A stretch of 64,000 nucleotides of DNA from Octopus vulgaris. Lineage: Eukaryota. The stretch spans positions 93,248,001 through 93,312,000 of the forward strand of contig OX597817.1 in NCBI GenBank assembly GCA_951406725.2. The letters are read 5' to 3'. A program made the position numbers and the translations under genes. Positions 26,861 through 40,689 of the stretch are shown in pieces. The notes below the pieces were generated by a model. It did no database searches, had not been told where the DNA came from, and was given only the letters and a program-made list of their open reading frames with translations. Each line of letters begins with the position of its first letter. The stretch's first letter is position 1.

Positions 26861-27507
26861 TTGAAAATTTATTTTTACTGCTATTTGCTGGTGCCTCTGT
26901 GAAAAATAAGTTGATGAAAATACAGCTAGGGTCATGACGAATGTCCTCCTAAAATTGGAGCATGCTAATTTGTGGACATGCATAAATTACATTCATGTAC
27001 ACACACACACACACATCCTGCCTTTTATATATATAGATAATAACTTTTTTTATTTTGAATATTTTTTGAAAAGGTTAGCACCATGACACTCATCTTGATG
27101 AGTTCTATCATATGAGCTAAACAAAAACAAAATTTTTACACAAAAACAGAATGTTTAGGTTTTGAATTTACTTTTAGACGTTACTGCTGTTTTTGGCACA
27201 TTTGGCCTGAGTAGTTTTTTTATTTAAACTTTTTTTTTTATAGAATTGGCATCATCGGATTCCTCTAGTAGAGATTTACTAGAAAAGTTGAATTTATATA
27301 TAGCTTTTTTTTTGAAAGAAGAATAATATTTGGAGTCAAAGTCGATTTCAGGCGTTAATCTCCTTTTTTCACCAGTTTTCACCTCAGTACTTTCTTTCTA
27401 CTGAATATTTTTGCATATAATTAGCATGTTAAATAAATCAAATAATTATTCTCCATTATTAAAAGATGATAAAATTTCTTCCTTGTATTTCAAATATCTT
27501 TTTTTAG

Positions 27508-27567
27508 CGTTGCATTTACCTGTTTCACTCACATCACTGAATCTCTATACTGTCTGATTTTGACAAG
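27508..27567 (+). CDS. TMEM254: TMEM254-like gene, coding exon 3 (VAFTCFTHITESLYCLILT)
   Basis: T-tract plus TAG acceptor, 60 nt, GTACGA donor. HITESLY matches the conserved TMEM254 HVGESLY motif. Phase 2 to phase 2. Confidence 0.9.
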
Positions 27568-28663
27568 GTACGATCACTATTTTATTGCATTTATCTTTTA
27601 CTATCATTTTTGTTTACTAGGAACTATAGATTTTTTTTTTTACCATGGATTATAGATTCAAATTATGAACTAGGCATCACTATAGTACCTATTTCAGTCT
27701 ATCTAGTTGAAAATTACTGTATCTGTCCCACTTCAGCACACATTGATGAAAATATTCTCTTAGTCCTAGTTGACCACAGGACCATGAAAACAACCAAGCA
27801 AATGATTTAAGTTTACTGGCAGAAAAAAATGTAAAGTTAATGAAGGAGCAAATTAATGACATAAACCACAATTTAATATAAAGCCACCATTGATATAACC
27901 CCCTCCCCCCATTGATACACTCTCTTTCATTGATATACCTCTTTCTTCTACTGGCATAACTTTCCTATTGATATAAACCCTGCCAACACGTGATATGGAG
28001 GTGGAGGGTATTAATTCTATGTAAAGGGCCATGAAAAACTTGCTATAAAGTGCAGGAAACCATGACTTCATGAACAAAGTAGATACTTTTGATAATTCCT
28101 GACCTACAAAGTTATTAGTGAAACAGTATTCTGATGAATGTCTGGAATATGGTCAATGTAATTGAAGCATCATCATTACCAATAAAATGTGCCACATCCA
28201 TGTTGATAGCACTGTCATAATATACCCCATTTATGTTGATAGCACCCAGCTCTTCCTTTTTTGATAGCACTGTCTGATTATATAGTACCCATGTTGACAG
28301 AACTATCTGATATTCAAAACACATACAATCACATCACTGAAATCTCAAAGCTATGAGATAATGCATGATTAATTCAAAACATGAGTAAATAAGCATTACA
28401 TTTGACAGAATAATTTGAATGCTAAAGGTTAATGCATGTATCACTGTACTTACAGAATAATAGAGTTGACTACACATACTATATTTACTGTACTGTCACC
28501 ACATACACTGAGAAGTAAAATTGAGTAAAAATTTAAAATATACTGTCATTATCAAATTAATATTGGTTTTCTGGAAAAAAACACGTTTGTATGATCTCTA
28601 CAATGTCAACTTCATTGCAGACACCTTTACCTTTTTCATCATTATAGTTCAAAGGGCAATATA

Positions 28664-29219
28664 TTGGGTTGTCCGGAAAGTTTGTACTGATTTATAGTAG
28701 CTTACCTTTCGACTTATTTTATAACATAGTTGACTCCATAAAATAGGATTTGACTACACCCCCATTTAGAGCACAGTTTAAGCTATCTTTTCGTGGAAGA
28801 AGATTTATGTTCCTGTGTTAATTCTGTAACTCTTTAAAATGGAAGATAAGAAAGTTCATTTTCGACACTTGATGCCTTGGGAACCAGACAAAAATTGCTG
28901 CAGCTTGGCTGGAATGTGTTACCCCACCCTCTATATTCACCAGATATTGCTCCTTCAGATTTCCACTTATTCAGGTCTCTGCAGAATAGTCTTAATGGTA
29001 AAAATTTCAATTCCTTGCATGATGTAAAAAGTGCCTTGATGAATTCTTTGCCATGAAACAACTTCAATTCTGGGAAGAGGGTATTTTCAAGTTAAAGGAA
29101 AGATGGAGACACATTGTGCAACAAAAGGTTCATATTTGGTTGATAAAAATGTAATGGCAAGAATTTATTGACCTTTTTCTTTCCTTTAAAAATCAGCACG
29201 AACTTTCTGGACAACCCAA
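28664..29219 (+). mobile_element. Internally deleted mariner with TA TSD
   Basis: TA-TTGGGTTGTCCGGAAAGTT...AACTTTCTGGACAACCCAA-TA. Transposase C-terminal remnant YSPDIAPSDFHLFRSLQN. Confidence 0.9.
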
Positions 29220-30134
29220 TAGAATTCGCATTTTTTGTTTCATTTAAGATTTATAAACTTGTTCAGAATATTTTATACAGCAATTATAAACACATTTTTT
29301 TACGTTCTTTGTAAAGTAAGTGCATATTGTATATAAGAAATGTTTTTCCCAGGATTTCATTCTCTATAATTGGTGGTACATTTTCTATAGGAGTCTATAT
29401 TATACATGAATAAGTACAGTAATTAAATTCATAAATGCAAAATTACACTATCATCATCATCATCATTTTCTACATCTGAGTTTCCATGCTGGCAATATTT
29501 GGATAAAGGCTTATTGAGGTACTATTTTATTGCTGAATGCTCTTTGTTACCAACTGTTGTCACTTTTTCAAATAAAATATTTTCATTATAGTGATCTTCA
29601 CAAACAGAGTATAGAAGCACAGAACAACTTGTTTACAGGAGAAATAAACATATCACCTTTTTACTGGAAACAGTGTCATGCAAAAACATGAATGTAGCAT
29701 TTATATACATATGCGTGTGCGCCCACACACACACACAAACACACACTTTTATGACAGGCTTCCATAAAATTTCTGCCTACTATTAACAGGTTTTACTAAA
29801 GAAGCATTAGTCACCCTTTTGCAGTAGTACAAGAGACTTATCCAAGTTGGCAAACAGTGGGGTAGAACCTAGAAAAAAATCAAACTATGTATTCATGAAG
29901 CTATGACAGCAGTTTGATGACTTGTATAAGACTATTCTATCATATCTAATTCCATGGGAATGATTGAATTCATATGTGTGTGTGTAATAAAGTGAAAAAA
30001 GACAGGGATTGAAGAAATCCAGGCAAATATGATATTTAGCATTATATATATATATGCCTGGATTTCGTCAATCCCTGTCTTTCTTCACTGTATTACACAT
30101 GCACACACGCACACACACACACACACACACATAT

Positions 30135-30935
30135 ACAGGTTGCAATGGGTAAATTGTGGCCATTTTGTATTTTTAATTTCATACATGTGCATTGTTTGTT
30201 TTTGATTTTGTTGACTACACAGTAATGCAGGGTCAGTTGGGTACTGTCTGTGAGAAAAACAGAACCATGAAGCAAGTCACTCTGCCAGAAATTTTAAAAT
30301 GACATGCTCTATTGCTTGGCATTCATGCCGGAAGCTCCAATATGAACATTTCAGAGTGTTTGATGTCAATCTGAGGTCATGTACTGAGAGTGATAAAAAT
30401 CAAACATCCAGTCAACATCATGGTGTTTGGAGTGATCACTAGTGACATTATGATGGTGACATTATGCTTCCATTCATCTTCCTATACAGCCTCAGTCTCA
30501 ATACAGAGGCCTACATCCAGTGCTGCAAGAGGGTGGCTGCTGGAACACTATGTCTGGCAACAGGACTCTGTACCATGCCACACAAGCAGGAGAACCCGAT
30601 CATGGCTGTCAAGACAATTTCTGTGACCACATCACCCCTAACATCTTGATTATTATGCATGGGGTGCAAACCCCTTAATTATTATGCATGGGGTGCAGTT
30701 GAATGAGAGACCAACAAAACTCCTTGTAACACCAAAGATGAATTGAAGGCAAGGATTATGGCAGCATTCACTAACTTAAACAAGGAGACTGTCCAGAAAA
30801 GTTGCAGTCAATTCTGAAGTCATCTGGAAGCCGTGGTTGAAGATATTTTTATGTAATTTTGGTAAATATATGTTAAAATGAGATGTCAGTGTTATTTTCA
30901 TTTTTGCATAATTTAGATGACCGTTTATTCACACT
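30135..30935 (+). mobile_element. Degraded Tc1-like transposon
   Basis: Starts TA-CAGG. Remnant motifs IMVFGVITSD, YVWQQDSVPCHTSRRT and YYAWGAVE. Confidence 0.75.
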
Positions 30936-31229
30936 CGAATGGTGCCCTTTTATGTGCCACTGGCACAGAAGCTGGTTAGCCGCTCTGTCAACGATCACGC
31001 TCGTATGGTGCTCTTTTGGTGCTCTTTACACCCCACTAGCACGGATGCCAGTCATCGAATTTGATTTTGATTTCAGTTGCCTCAACAAAATCATATATAT
31101 ATATATATGTGTATCTGTGTGTCTGCGTATACATGTATGTATATATGTGTGTGTGTAATCCAAATAAGAAGACAAAGAAAGATTTTATCACATCTTTAAT
31201 GACCTGTTTCTGTATGAAATCTGTTTTCA

Positions 31230-31690
31230 CTGCATATTTACTGTGAAACCTAAGTAGACTTCCTCAGTTTCATCACTTTCCATCTCAATTTGGCCTTGTT
31301 TGACACCCTTTTCAATTGGGACCCTTACTGATGGTGACAGCAGAGCTATATCTGTGGTGCATCCAGAGTTCACATTTCTGAGTAGTTTGACACCTTGTGT
31401 TTCCAGAGATTTCAACACTACATTCATCTTGATGTTATCGAAGGCCTTTTTTGTAATCAACAAAAGTTACACATAGAGAAAGCTTGTATTTGTTCACTTG
31501 TTCTATGAGCTGTGTTTGAGTGAATATGTGATCTATCATACTGTAGTTCTTATGGAAACCTGCTTGCTCTCTAGGCTGTTAGTTGTCAAGGTGTTTCAAT
31601 AATCTGGTGACTATGACCTTTGTAAGCAGCTTATAGAAGTGAAATGAGGCATATGAGGTGATAGTTTTTTAAATCTTCTTTATCACCTTC
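31230..31690 (-). mobile_element. RTE RT fragment
   Basis: Minus-strand QPREQAGF, KKAFDNI and IEKGVKQG. Confidence 0.75.
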
Positions 31691-32057
31691 CTTATGAAGC
31701 CAATATGGCATTTGACTCTTTCCATATATACTGTGGTGTTGGCAGTCGGTGTTATGGGACGTGATGAGCTTGTGGTGCTGGTGGAGAGGATGACAGATGA
31801 GGTGGGTGGAAGTAGGGTTTGCAGGGGCCAGTGGAAGACTGCAGGGTGCATGTGCGGCAGGAAGCGGAAGCAGTCAAACAGGACGCATGTGTGGTCATCG
31901 ACGAAGCGGGCAGTTTGAGCATAGACAAGGAAGCGACAGGACGTGTCGAATTCGTAAGAGACCTCTGATCTTCACCGAGGTGAGGCCTTTTTGTATTTCT
32001 TTCTCCCGTTGCTTCTCCTTCTGTTGTCCTCTTCATCCATCACACTACACATACTAT

Positions 32058-32880
32058 ACAAGTGTCGGCTGAAAAGTTCATAGGCTGACCAAGATACTTT
32101 CATGGAATGCAACCGAAGAAGGTTTATTTTACAACATAGTCTCCCTTACAGTGAACACACTTCTTCCATCAGTTTTGCAGTGCTTGGATACCATTGGTGA
32201 AGAAACTTTCATCCACTTGACCAAAACAGTCATCAACAACAGATATGACATCATTACTGTAATACTGGTTCCCATCCAAGTGTTTTTTACATGTTGATGA
32301 ACAGATGATAATCAGAAGGAGCCAAATCAGGACAAGAGAGAGGCTAAGAGGCTAAACAATCGGTTCAAAGCCACTGTCACACACATCAGCCATTGAAAGC
32401 AAGGATTTGTGTGCCAGATCAATGTCCTGATGAAACAAGACTCCTGTCATAAGTTTCCCTAGGTGTTTGGTCTTGATAGCCTTTTGTAACTGCCTCAGCA
32501 AGTTGGCATAGTATTCTCCATCGATAGTATGGCACTTTTGAAGATAGGCAATAACAAACACAATGTCTTTTCTATCCCACAAAACTGAGGTCATCACCTT
32601 CCCTGCAGATGAAACAACTTTGACCTTCTTTGGATTAGGTGAGGAAGAATGCTTCCACTACATGAATTGTCTCTTTGGCATGTTAATAGCTTTTAGATTT
32701 TTGATCCAATTATTGTATTCATTAGTTTGCTATTTTTAATGGTTCAGTCAGGCATAGAGTAGCAGTGTACCTCTTTAAGGCTTCCATTACTAGTAGGCGG
32801 GAGGAAGAAAATATTCCTTGCATTAGTGACCTGGTTCAAATGCTCCCATCAGAGTAGCCCCCTTCTAAAATCTTCAGCAA
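32058..32880 (-). mobile_element. Degraded mariner
   Basis: ORF 32352-32597: SVLWDRKDIVF..YLQK..TIDGEYYANLLRQL..GVLFHQD. Confidence 0.8.
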
Positions 32881-33550
32881 GAGTCAGGTAAAGATGTTTA
32901 ACTAGGAAACAGATTAAGTCTACCACCTAAAACCAGAAATGATCCCTTGAATAGGCTTTTACACCATTTCTATCAAATTTCACTCTCAAATTTTTGGTTG
33001 AATCACAGTTGTTGTAGAAGACATTTGCCCAAAGTACCAATGGTGGCATTACACCCACAAAACTATGATGTTGTAAAGGGAACTTCTAAATCACACAGCT
33101 ATGTCATCATCCAAATTTTTCCTTGTAATAAAAACACACTTAGAAACCTTTCCACAAAGATAACAATGAAGCTGTTATATTATTCACTGTTAAAATGTTT
33201 TATCACACTATTTTAAGCATGTAATTTTATTTCCATTTTTAAGATTAAATAAACAAGTACACCTTGTTTTTTTATTCATAATTATTGTTTACATAACTGA
33301 AGCCAGTTACAGTTATATAAAAAATGTCACACCTGGTGTTCTAATTTTGTTCAAGGATATCATTATAAAATACATCAAAACATGTTTTTATAGTTTTTCT
33401 TTTTTTTTTTTTGTTGCACTCACTGAAGGATTGTCCGGATCTAGAACTTTCTTTAACTGATTAGTTCCATACATTTTCAAAACATTTGTCAAAGGAAGGG
33501 CTTCCTACTGTAGACAGTTACACAATCCTAAAATCTATTAATACATATAT

Positions 33551-34970
33551 TGTTGTTGGCATCCTTTTTGTCTCGGGAGACAATGGAGTTGCGCATAAAA
33601 TAGTCTAGTCTGGCTTTTACATTTCATGTCCTGATACATTTCCTGCTGTGACTGTGTAGTCCTATCCTGGACAAACACTCCCTCTGGCAGGTACCGCAAA
33701 TGTAGCGAAGACTGTTCCTGGCTGGTTGTAATGCCATAGTTTCTTGTTGACGTCTTTTCTTGTCTTTCCATTTCTCCTCTCTCTCCCTGTCATTTCTTTG
33801 TATTCCTTCTTTTACGGTACGTCGCCAATCTCCACAGTTGCCGGCAACTGCTTCCCAATCGCTAATATTGATGTTGCAGGCCTTCATGTCCCTTTTGCAA
33901 ACATCCTTGTAACGTAAGAATGATCTACCCACAGACCTAGTACCCCTAGCAAGCTCTCCGTAGAGTATGTCCTTGGGGATTCTGCCATCTTTCATACGGC
34001 TAACATGTCCAAGCCATCTCATACGTCTTTGTGTGAGGAGTGCAAACATGTTTGGTATTCCTGCTTGCTTGAGGACATCTTTGTTGGGGATATGATTCTG
34101 CCATTTGATGCGGAGGATTTTCCGGAGGCAGCGCAGGTGAAAGATGTTTAGGCAACGCTCTTGGCGTGTGTATAGCGTCCAAGTCTCACTTCCATACAGT
34201 AGAGTGCTAAGTACACATGCCTGGTAGATCTTCATTTTCGTGGTCTTGGTCAGCTTATTGTTGTCCCATGCCCGTTTGGAGAGTTGGGCCATCGCAGCTG
34301 CTGCCTTGCCAATGCATATATTGAGCTCAGCGTCAACAGATAGGTTGTAGGTGACGGTAGAGCCAAGATAGGTAAACTTCTCCACCTCTTGTAATCTGTG
34401 GTCTCCAATATGTATGTTTGGGATGTCCGATGTAGCCTGACCCATGATGTTGGTCTTCTTAAGGCTGATAGCTAAGCCAAAGTCGTTACACGCTTGCTCA
34501 AAACAGTTAATGAGCCTTTGGAGGGCTTCTTCTGTGTGTGATACCAGAGCGGCATCATCAGCAAATAGCATCTCCTTGATCAGGACGTTTCTGATTTTGG
34601 TCTTGGCACGCAGGTGCGAGAGATTGAACAGTTTCCTGTCACTTCTAATGTGCAGAAACACTCCATCATCTGATGTCTGAAAGGCATGTGAGAGTAAGAG
34701 CGAGAAGATGCCAAATAATGTAGGAGTGAGGACACAACCTTGCATTACCCCGTTTTTTATTTGGAAGGCGGCTGATGTTGAACCATTGTGCTGTATGGTG
34801 CCTTGCATATCATCATGGAAAGACTTGATGATCCTCAGCAGCTTTGGTGGACATCCGATATTTTGGAGCAGGATGAAGAGGCCTGTTCTGCTTACCGAGT
34901 CAAAGGCCTTTGTTAGATCAATGAAGGCCATATATAATGGCATTTTCTGCTCTCTGGACTTCTCCTGAAG
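33551..34970 (-). mobile_element. 5'-truncated RTE (BovB-like) LINE in TMEM254 intron 3, with a 49-bp target-site duplication
   Basis: ORF 33624-34943 has FIDLTKAFDSV, LFADD and a terminal zinc finger. Flanking direct repeats are 33502-33550 and 34971-35019. Confidence 0.92.
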
Positions 34971-35573
34971 TTCCTACTGTAGATAATTACACAATCCTAA
35001 AATCTATTAATACATATATAATACACAACAAACATAGAAGTCACCAAGTATCCTAAAATCTCTGAATGTTTGTCTGTTTAAGAATAGTGAAGTATTAGAC
35101 CACTTCTTCTGGTTCTTAGAAGAATGTAGTTAATAATATTCTAAAACTAATAAATATCCAAAATGCCTTTATTATTGGGTTTCTATCAAATATTATATGG
35201 CAACAATTGATTGAAAATGATACTATAGATTTAGATAATATGATTAATCAGGCTTCTCTCTTTAGAATCTAAGTAGAAAAGCAGAGTATTATTATATGAA
35301 TCCTTTTCTTAAAATAGTAGCAAGTTAAATTTGTTCTGCCTAAATAGGTTAACGACCGACCTTGTTGCAGGTATGATTGTGCTTTATGCAGTAGTAAGGC
35401 AAGTTAAATTTGTTCTGCCTAAATAGGTTGTTAATGACCGACTGACTGTTACCTCCGGTTTCAGTTCAAACTTAGTAAATTCTAAAATCTTTGTTTTCAC
35501 ATTGTTGTGCATATCCTTGATTCAGTTTCTCTGTATGTTGATGACTGCAGGATTTTTTTAAAAAGGTAAACAA

Positions 35574-36352
35574 TGGTGCAGGATTGGCTGTCTTGTAAGT
35601 AGCTTGCTTACCAACCACATGGTTCCTGGTTCAGTTCCACTGTGTGGCACCTTAGGCAAGTGTCTTCTACTATAGCCTTGGGCTGACCAAAGCCTTGTGA
35701 GTGGATTTGGTAGACAGAAACTGAAAGAAGCCCATCTTATATGTGTGTGTGTGTGTGTGTGTTTGTTCCCCCAACATCACTTGACAACCGATGCTGGTGT
35801 GTTTACATCCCCGTAACTTAGCAGTTTGGCAAAAGGGGCTGATAGAATAAGTACTAGGCTTACAAAGAATAAGTCCTGCGGTTAAATTGCTCAACTGTAG
35901 GTGATGCTCCAGCATGGCTGCAGTCAAATGACTGAAACAAGTAAAATAATAATGGCATGGTTGTGTGGTAAGGAGCTTGCTTTCCAACCACATGGTTCCA
36001 GGTTCAGTTCCTCTGTGTGGCACCTTGGGCAAGTGTCTTCTACTATAGCCTCAGGCCGACCAAAACCTTGTGAGTGGATTTGGTAGACAGAAACTGAAAG
36101 AAGCCTGTCATATATGTGTGTGTGTGTGTGGCTCTTTGAGTCTGTGTTTGTCTCCCCACCACTTGACAACCAGTGTTGGTGTGTTTATGTCCCCATAACT
36201 TGGTGGTTCAGCAAAAAAGACTGATGGAATAAGTACCGGGCTTAAAAAGTAAATAAGTACTGGGGTCAATTAGATCAACTAAAATTCCTCAAGGTGGTAC
36301 CCCAGCAAGGCCACAGTCTAATGATTGAAACAAGTAAAAGATAAAAAGATAA
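35574..36352 (+). mobile_element. Two tandem SINE copies (35574-35945 and 35953-36352)
   Basis: Both match the 18350 family head, body and tail. Confidence 0.85.
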
Positions 36353-37719
36353 AGGAGTCAGAGAAAACAAGGATGGCAATGGTGGTGGCAGTAGTAATAG
36401 TGATCATCTTTGTGATCTTGGTATTTGTGGTGGCTGTGGTCTGCCTGCAATAAAGATCATAGAATGAAGCTCATTAATTTGGATAAATTTGTATATCACA
36501 ACTAGATAAGGAATCTAATATTTCAAGTTTGAGCATTTTTGTTAAAAAATATTTTTTGACAGACAATGAAACAACTGTGAGATATCTGATTCTTCTACCC
36601 ATAATATACAAACTTGTGTAATAGGTGGTTAGACATGAAGGCAGAGGTAAATGTAGCAAGAGATGAACAATGGTGGAGGTGCAGTTAATGGGAAATACTA
36701 TTATGGAGAGAGCTATGGTGAGAGATGTAGGAGTGGCTCAAGAAGGAGTACAGATCAGAATGATCAGCAAGTGTAGCATGATGGTAGATATAAGAGGACA
36801 TTAAAAATGATAGCAGATAACAGAGGTGTTAAGAATGGAATCTAGCAGGGGAGAGAGAGCAGGGCTGAAGGCACAGAAAGGAGGTGATTGGAGGAAATAG
36901 TGTGAGCAGAGATGAGTAATGAGAAATGAAAGTGGTTTGGGAGGTGATGAGGGAAGTAACTGAATGGGAAGGGTGTAATCTGTGCCTATTCTGCTCTTAG
37001 GTGATTACTGTGGTACTGTAAATAGAAGAGTGATAGGTGGTAGGGAATGAAGATCATGAGAAATATTTGATAGGACAGAGAAAGAAAATGATTCAGGGCC
37101 CTGCATATACAAGCATAACCCAAATGGTTTTCGGGTATCATTTTTATTGTGATGAATGGATTTTCTCAAGCACAGCAAATCACCAATCATCTCCTATCTT
37201 GAAATACGCCTTCATTCCTTTGTCCCATGTCTTCATGGGTCTACCACTTCCACAAATTCCATCTACTTTAAGCAATCAGCAGCTATCCTCGCCCATATGT
37301 ATCATATGATCAAACCAGTGCAGTCTTCTCTCTTGCACACTACATCTTATTCCTTTTATGCCTAGCTTTTCTCTCAATACATCAGCACTTTGTTGTATAT
37401 GCACATCCATACAGTACAGATCAGAAAGTAGCAGAATGATCAGCAAGGTGTAAGAGCAGTGAAAGGGTGAAATAGAGATACATTAGGGGGCTATAGTAAG
37501 TGTAGCATAATGGTAGATATGAGAAGGCATTAAAAATGATAGCAGATAACAGAGGTGTTTAGAATGGAATCTAGCAAAATCCATACTAATCTCATTCCTC
37601 TTTAGTACTTACATGCTCTCTGCATTCAGGGCCCATGCCTCAAGACTATCTCTTTGAAATAATGCTACACAGTATTTCATGCTGAGAGGGAGAGGAAGAG
37701 ATAGAGAGAGAGAGAATTT

Positions 37720-39590
37720 CTTTATTCACCATAAGGTTGAGAAAAAGAGGGGGCGATACGAGGACAGACAAACAAAAATTGGGGAATGAGACGAAATGTA
37801 TGAATAAACAAACAATTGAAATATATACAATTAAATGAGAAGTGATTTACAGAAAATGAAGCAGAGGACGTGGTCGACCCCACAAACCACATACTCACAC
37901 TGAAGACTTTGCTTTCACCTTTTTTATATTCTCATTTAGACAGGTTCTTTCACTCACAACATACTTGCTATAGACTTCCATCTTTTACAAAACACACTTT
38001 GCAACAGGCATTTCTTCTCTAGCCTTATTTTCCGTTTCATGTGGAAAACAAAAAAGTCTATTAGCTTGAGACTGGAGATGAACATGCTTGTTGCAATTCC
38101 TTTCACTCTCGTCTTGCATACTACCTCTTTTGCCACAGCAACTACCGAGAGAAAACAGGCTTGCTCCTCCCTATTCTTAATTACAGATTCACTCGACAAT
38201 TGTACTCTTCTCGAATGCGACAGCAGGTGTTGACAATCATGTGCAGGACAGTTTCACTGTCCTGTTCACATTTTGCACAAACCAGCGAAGGTGCACACCC
38301 ATGTCTAAAGAACTTATCACGAACCGGTAAGGCTCCTCTGTAACATTGCCAGGACAGGGACTTTTGGTAATTATCCATAGGCCCCGGCCCGAATGTTCTT
38401 TGGAACAGGCTGGCCAGTTGATCTTCGTCAAAGCCTAGGGTTTCTCCCAGAACGTCGTCACACTTAAACTCTACTAACCCTCTATAGAAGAACGAGGTAG
38501 TACCCCGCCACCGGCGTTGCCCGACTGGGAGAGAAGCACAAGTGTCTGATGGCACTCTGCATGCCACACGCCCAACCTCGGTCTACACTTGATCCATGGG
38601 TTCAATTTGGTAAACTATGTGAACTGTGGAAATAATAGCTTGACGAACGGAGACCACACCTGCTCACCTTCCAGGTAAAGCCAGAGGTGCCTAAACCTGA
38701 GCGCATGTCTGTGCATTTTTAGCCACGGCATCCCTAACCCACGCTTCAGTGGCTTTTGGCAGCAGATAGAGTGCCTTACAAGAGGTCTGCTGCTCCTCCA
38801 CAAAAAGCAAAAGAGCATGTGTTCCAGCTTGTTCAGCCACGAATCAGGGCAAGGCACGGCGGTCAGGCGGTAAGTGATTACAGAGGCGATAAACACCTCT
38901 GCAACCTCCGCCCTCCCTTTCAAGGACAGCTTCCGCTCAGACCAGGTCTGAGTTAGGAGAGCTACCTTTCGCACCACCTCAGTCCACTTCTTCTCTATCT
39001 GGAGATCTGGACCTAACCAGATTCCAAGCATTTTCACCGGCCCTTCCGTGTAACATCCTACGATGCTGTCGGAAGGCATCGACTTGCTCCTCCAGGTGCC
39101 GAGTTGCAAGCCGACCGATTTATCCCGGTTGACTTTCGCTCCTGCCACTGCTTCGTAATCCCTTAAGGCCTCACCCACTCACTGTAGGTGCTCGGCCCGG
39201 CATACGATGAGGGTGATGCCGTCCACATACACCGACTTTCTGCACCCTAGATCTTGCGGAGTGCCTCTCATAGTTTCCAACCTCCTCAGCAACGGCTCGA
39301 GGGCCAAAACATAGAGAAGTGGGGAGAGAGGACACCCTTGACATACCAAACGTTCAATGAGGAATGGCTCCGAAAAGAAACCGTTCACCCAAACTACTGA
39401 TTTGATGTTGCTGTATAAACCGTTGATCCATCCGTGGAAGGTCGGGCTGAAGCCAGCTGCCACGAGGACCGCCACCAGACACTGAATGTCTACCCTATCA
39501 AATGCTTTCGATTGGTCCAAATGGACCATAACCCCACCCTTGCCAGGAATCCTATTTACCCTTTACAAGGCATAGCGTAGAAAGAGCTCT
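37720..39590 (-). mobile_element. Tx1/L1-clade LINE ORF2 3' portion, disrupted
   Basis: LDQSKAFDRVD, QGCPLSPLLY, GAKVNRDKS, WSERKLSLKGRA, GGLG-like RGLGMP, and a C-terminal CAKC..SETVLH knuckle. Confidence 0.9.
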
Positions 39591-39819
39591 TATTATCAAC
39601 AGAAATAATAGCTTTCAGTTTATATTTAATATTAAATGAGACAACAATGTTCTTTAGAAATTCCAACAAATGTTTATTACTGTTAAATTTTAAAGTTATT
39701 CATGACATGGATTTTCTTTCCTTTCAAATTGTCGCATTTCTATAACTGTATCGAAGTGGATATATACTTGTAACTATGTAACACATGGGTATTTTTCATC
39801 AGAAGGTTGAGGCATGCAT

Positions 39820-39852
<33 letters not shown>

Positions 39853-39899
39853 CATACACTGGAATGCTTGTTATTGAATACATATACAAGCATCAACAC

Positions 39900-40380
39900 A
39901 GTGAATACTGGTGGAACATTCTTATCAAAACATTTGTCAAGTAAAAGCATAATGGACCAGATATTGTTGTTTGGAACAAACAAGAAAATATATACCATTA
40001 TAGAGGTCAACTGTCCTGCAGATGTGACTATCTCTTTGAAAGTCAAAGAGAAAGAGGATAACTATGTACAACAGCTTTGAGACCTCCAGCTTCTACATCC
40101 AAATTATAAATTTATACCAATATTAATTATTATAATTGGTACACTTTGTTTTGTAAGTAAATAACCTAAATGACTATGTGGATAAGCTAGGGTTTTCGGA
40201 AAAAGAAAGCAATCAACTAACTCATACATTACAAATACAATCTATAAGTGGAACAGTGAAAATATGCAAGGCTTTTCTCAAGATTAAAATGAGACATCGT
40301 TTTTGTTATTTATATTCCAATGATAGAACTTTGTATCTTTGTTTCAAACCAGCTCCTTCCTCAAAGGAAGAATTTAGATA
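39900..40380 (+). mobile_element. R4/Dong-like non-LTR element 3' end (restriction-like endonuclease remnant)
   Basis: HNGPDIVVW...IIEVNCPAD...KVKEKEDNY, a PD-(D/E)xK RLE signature. Confidence 0.7.
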
Positions 40381-40689
40381 ATTAAAAACAGAAGAGAATG
40401 AACACACACACAGGTTGTTACAGTTTCAGTCAACCCTTATTTAGAGATACTGCCCTATTAGATGGGTTGGTGAATCCCATTTCCCTTGTACATTTCATTT
40501 AGGCATGGTTTCTATGACCAGATCCCCTTTCCAACACCAGTTATTTTACAGAGTGTACTGAGTGTATTTTAGCATGGCACTAGCACTGGAGATATTGTCA
40601 TGTTTTATCATAGTCTACTAGGTCATAATAGCAGAGTTTATGACTAGTTGTTCTGAAGCTGTATTAAAAATTCCCGGTGTGGAAGCAAA

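Noticed and set aside
39730-39810. Minus-strand CTGATGA with a distant GATACAGTTATA as a decayed hammerhead
   Set aside because: The GAAA core is broken and the stems do not pair convincingly.
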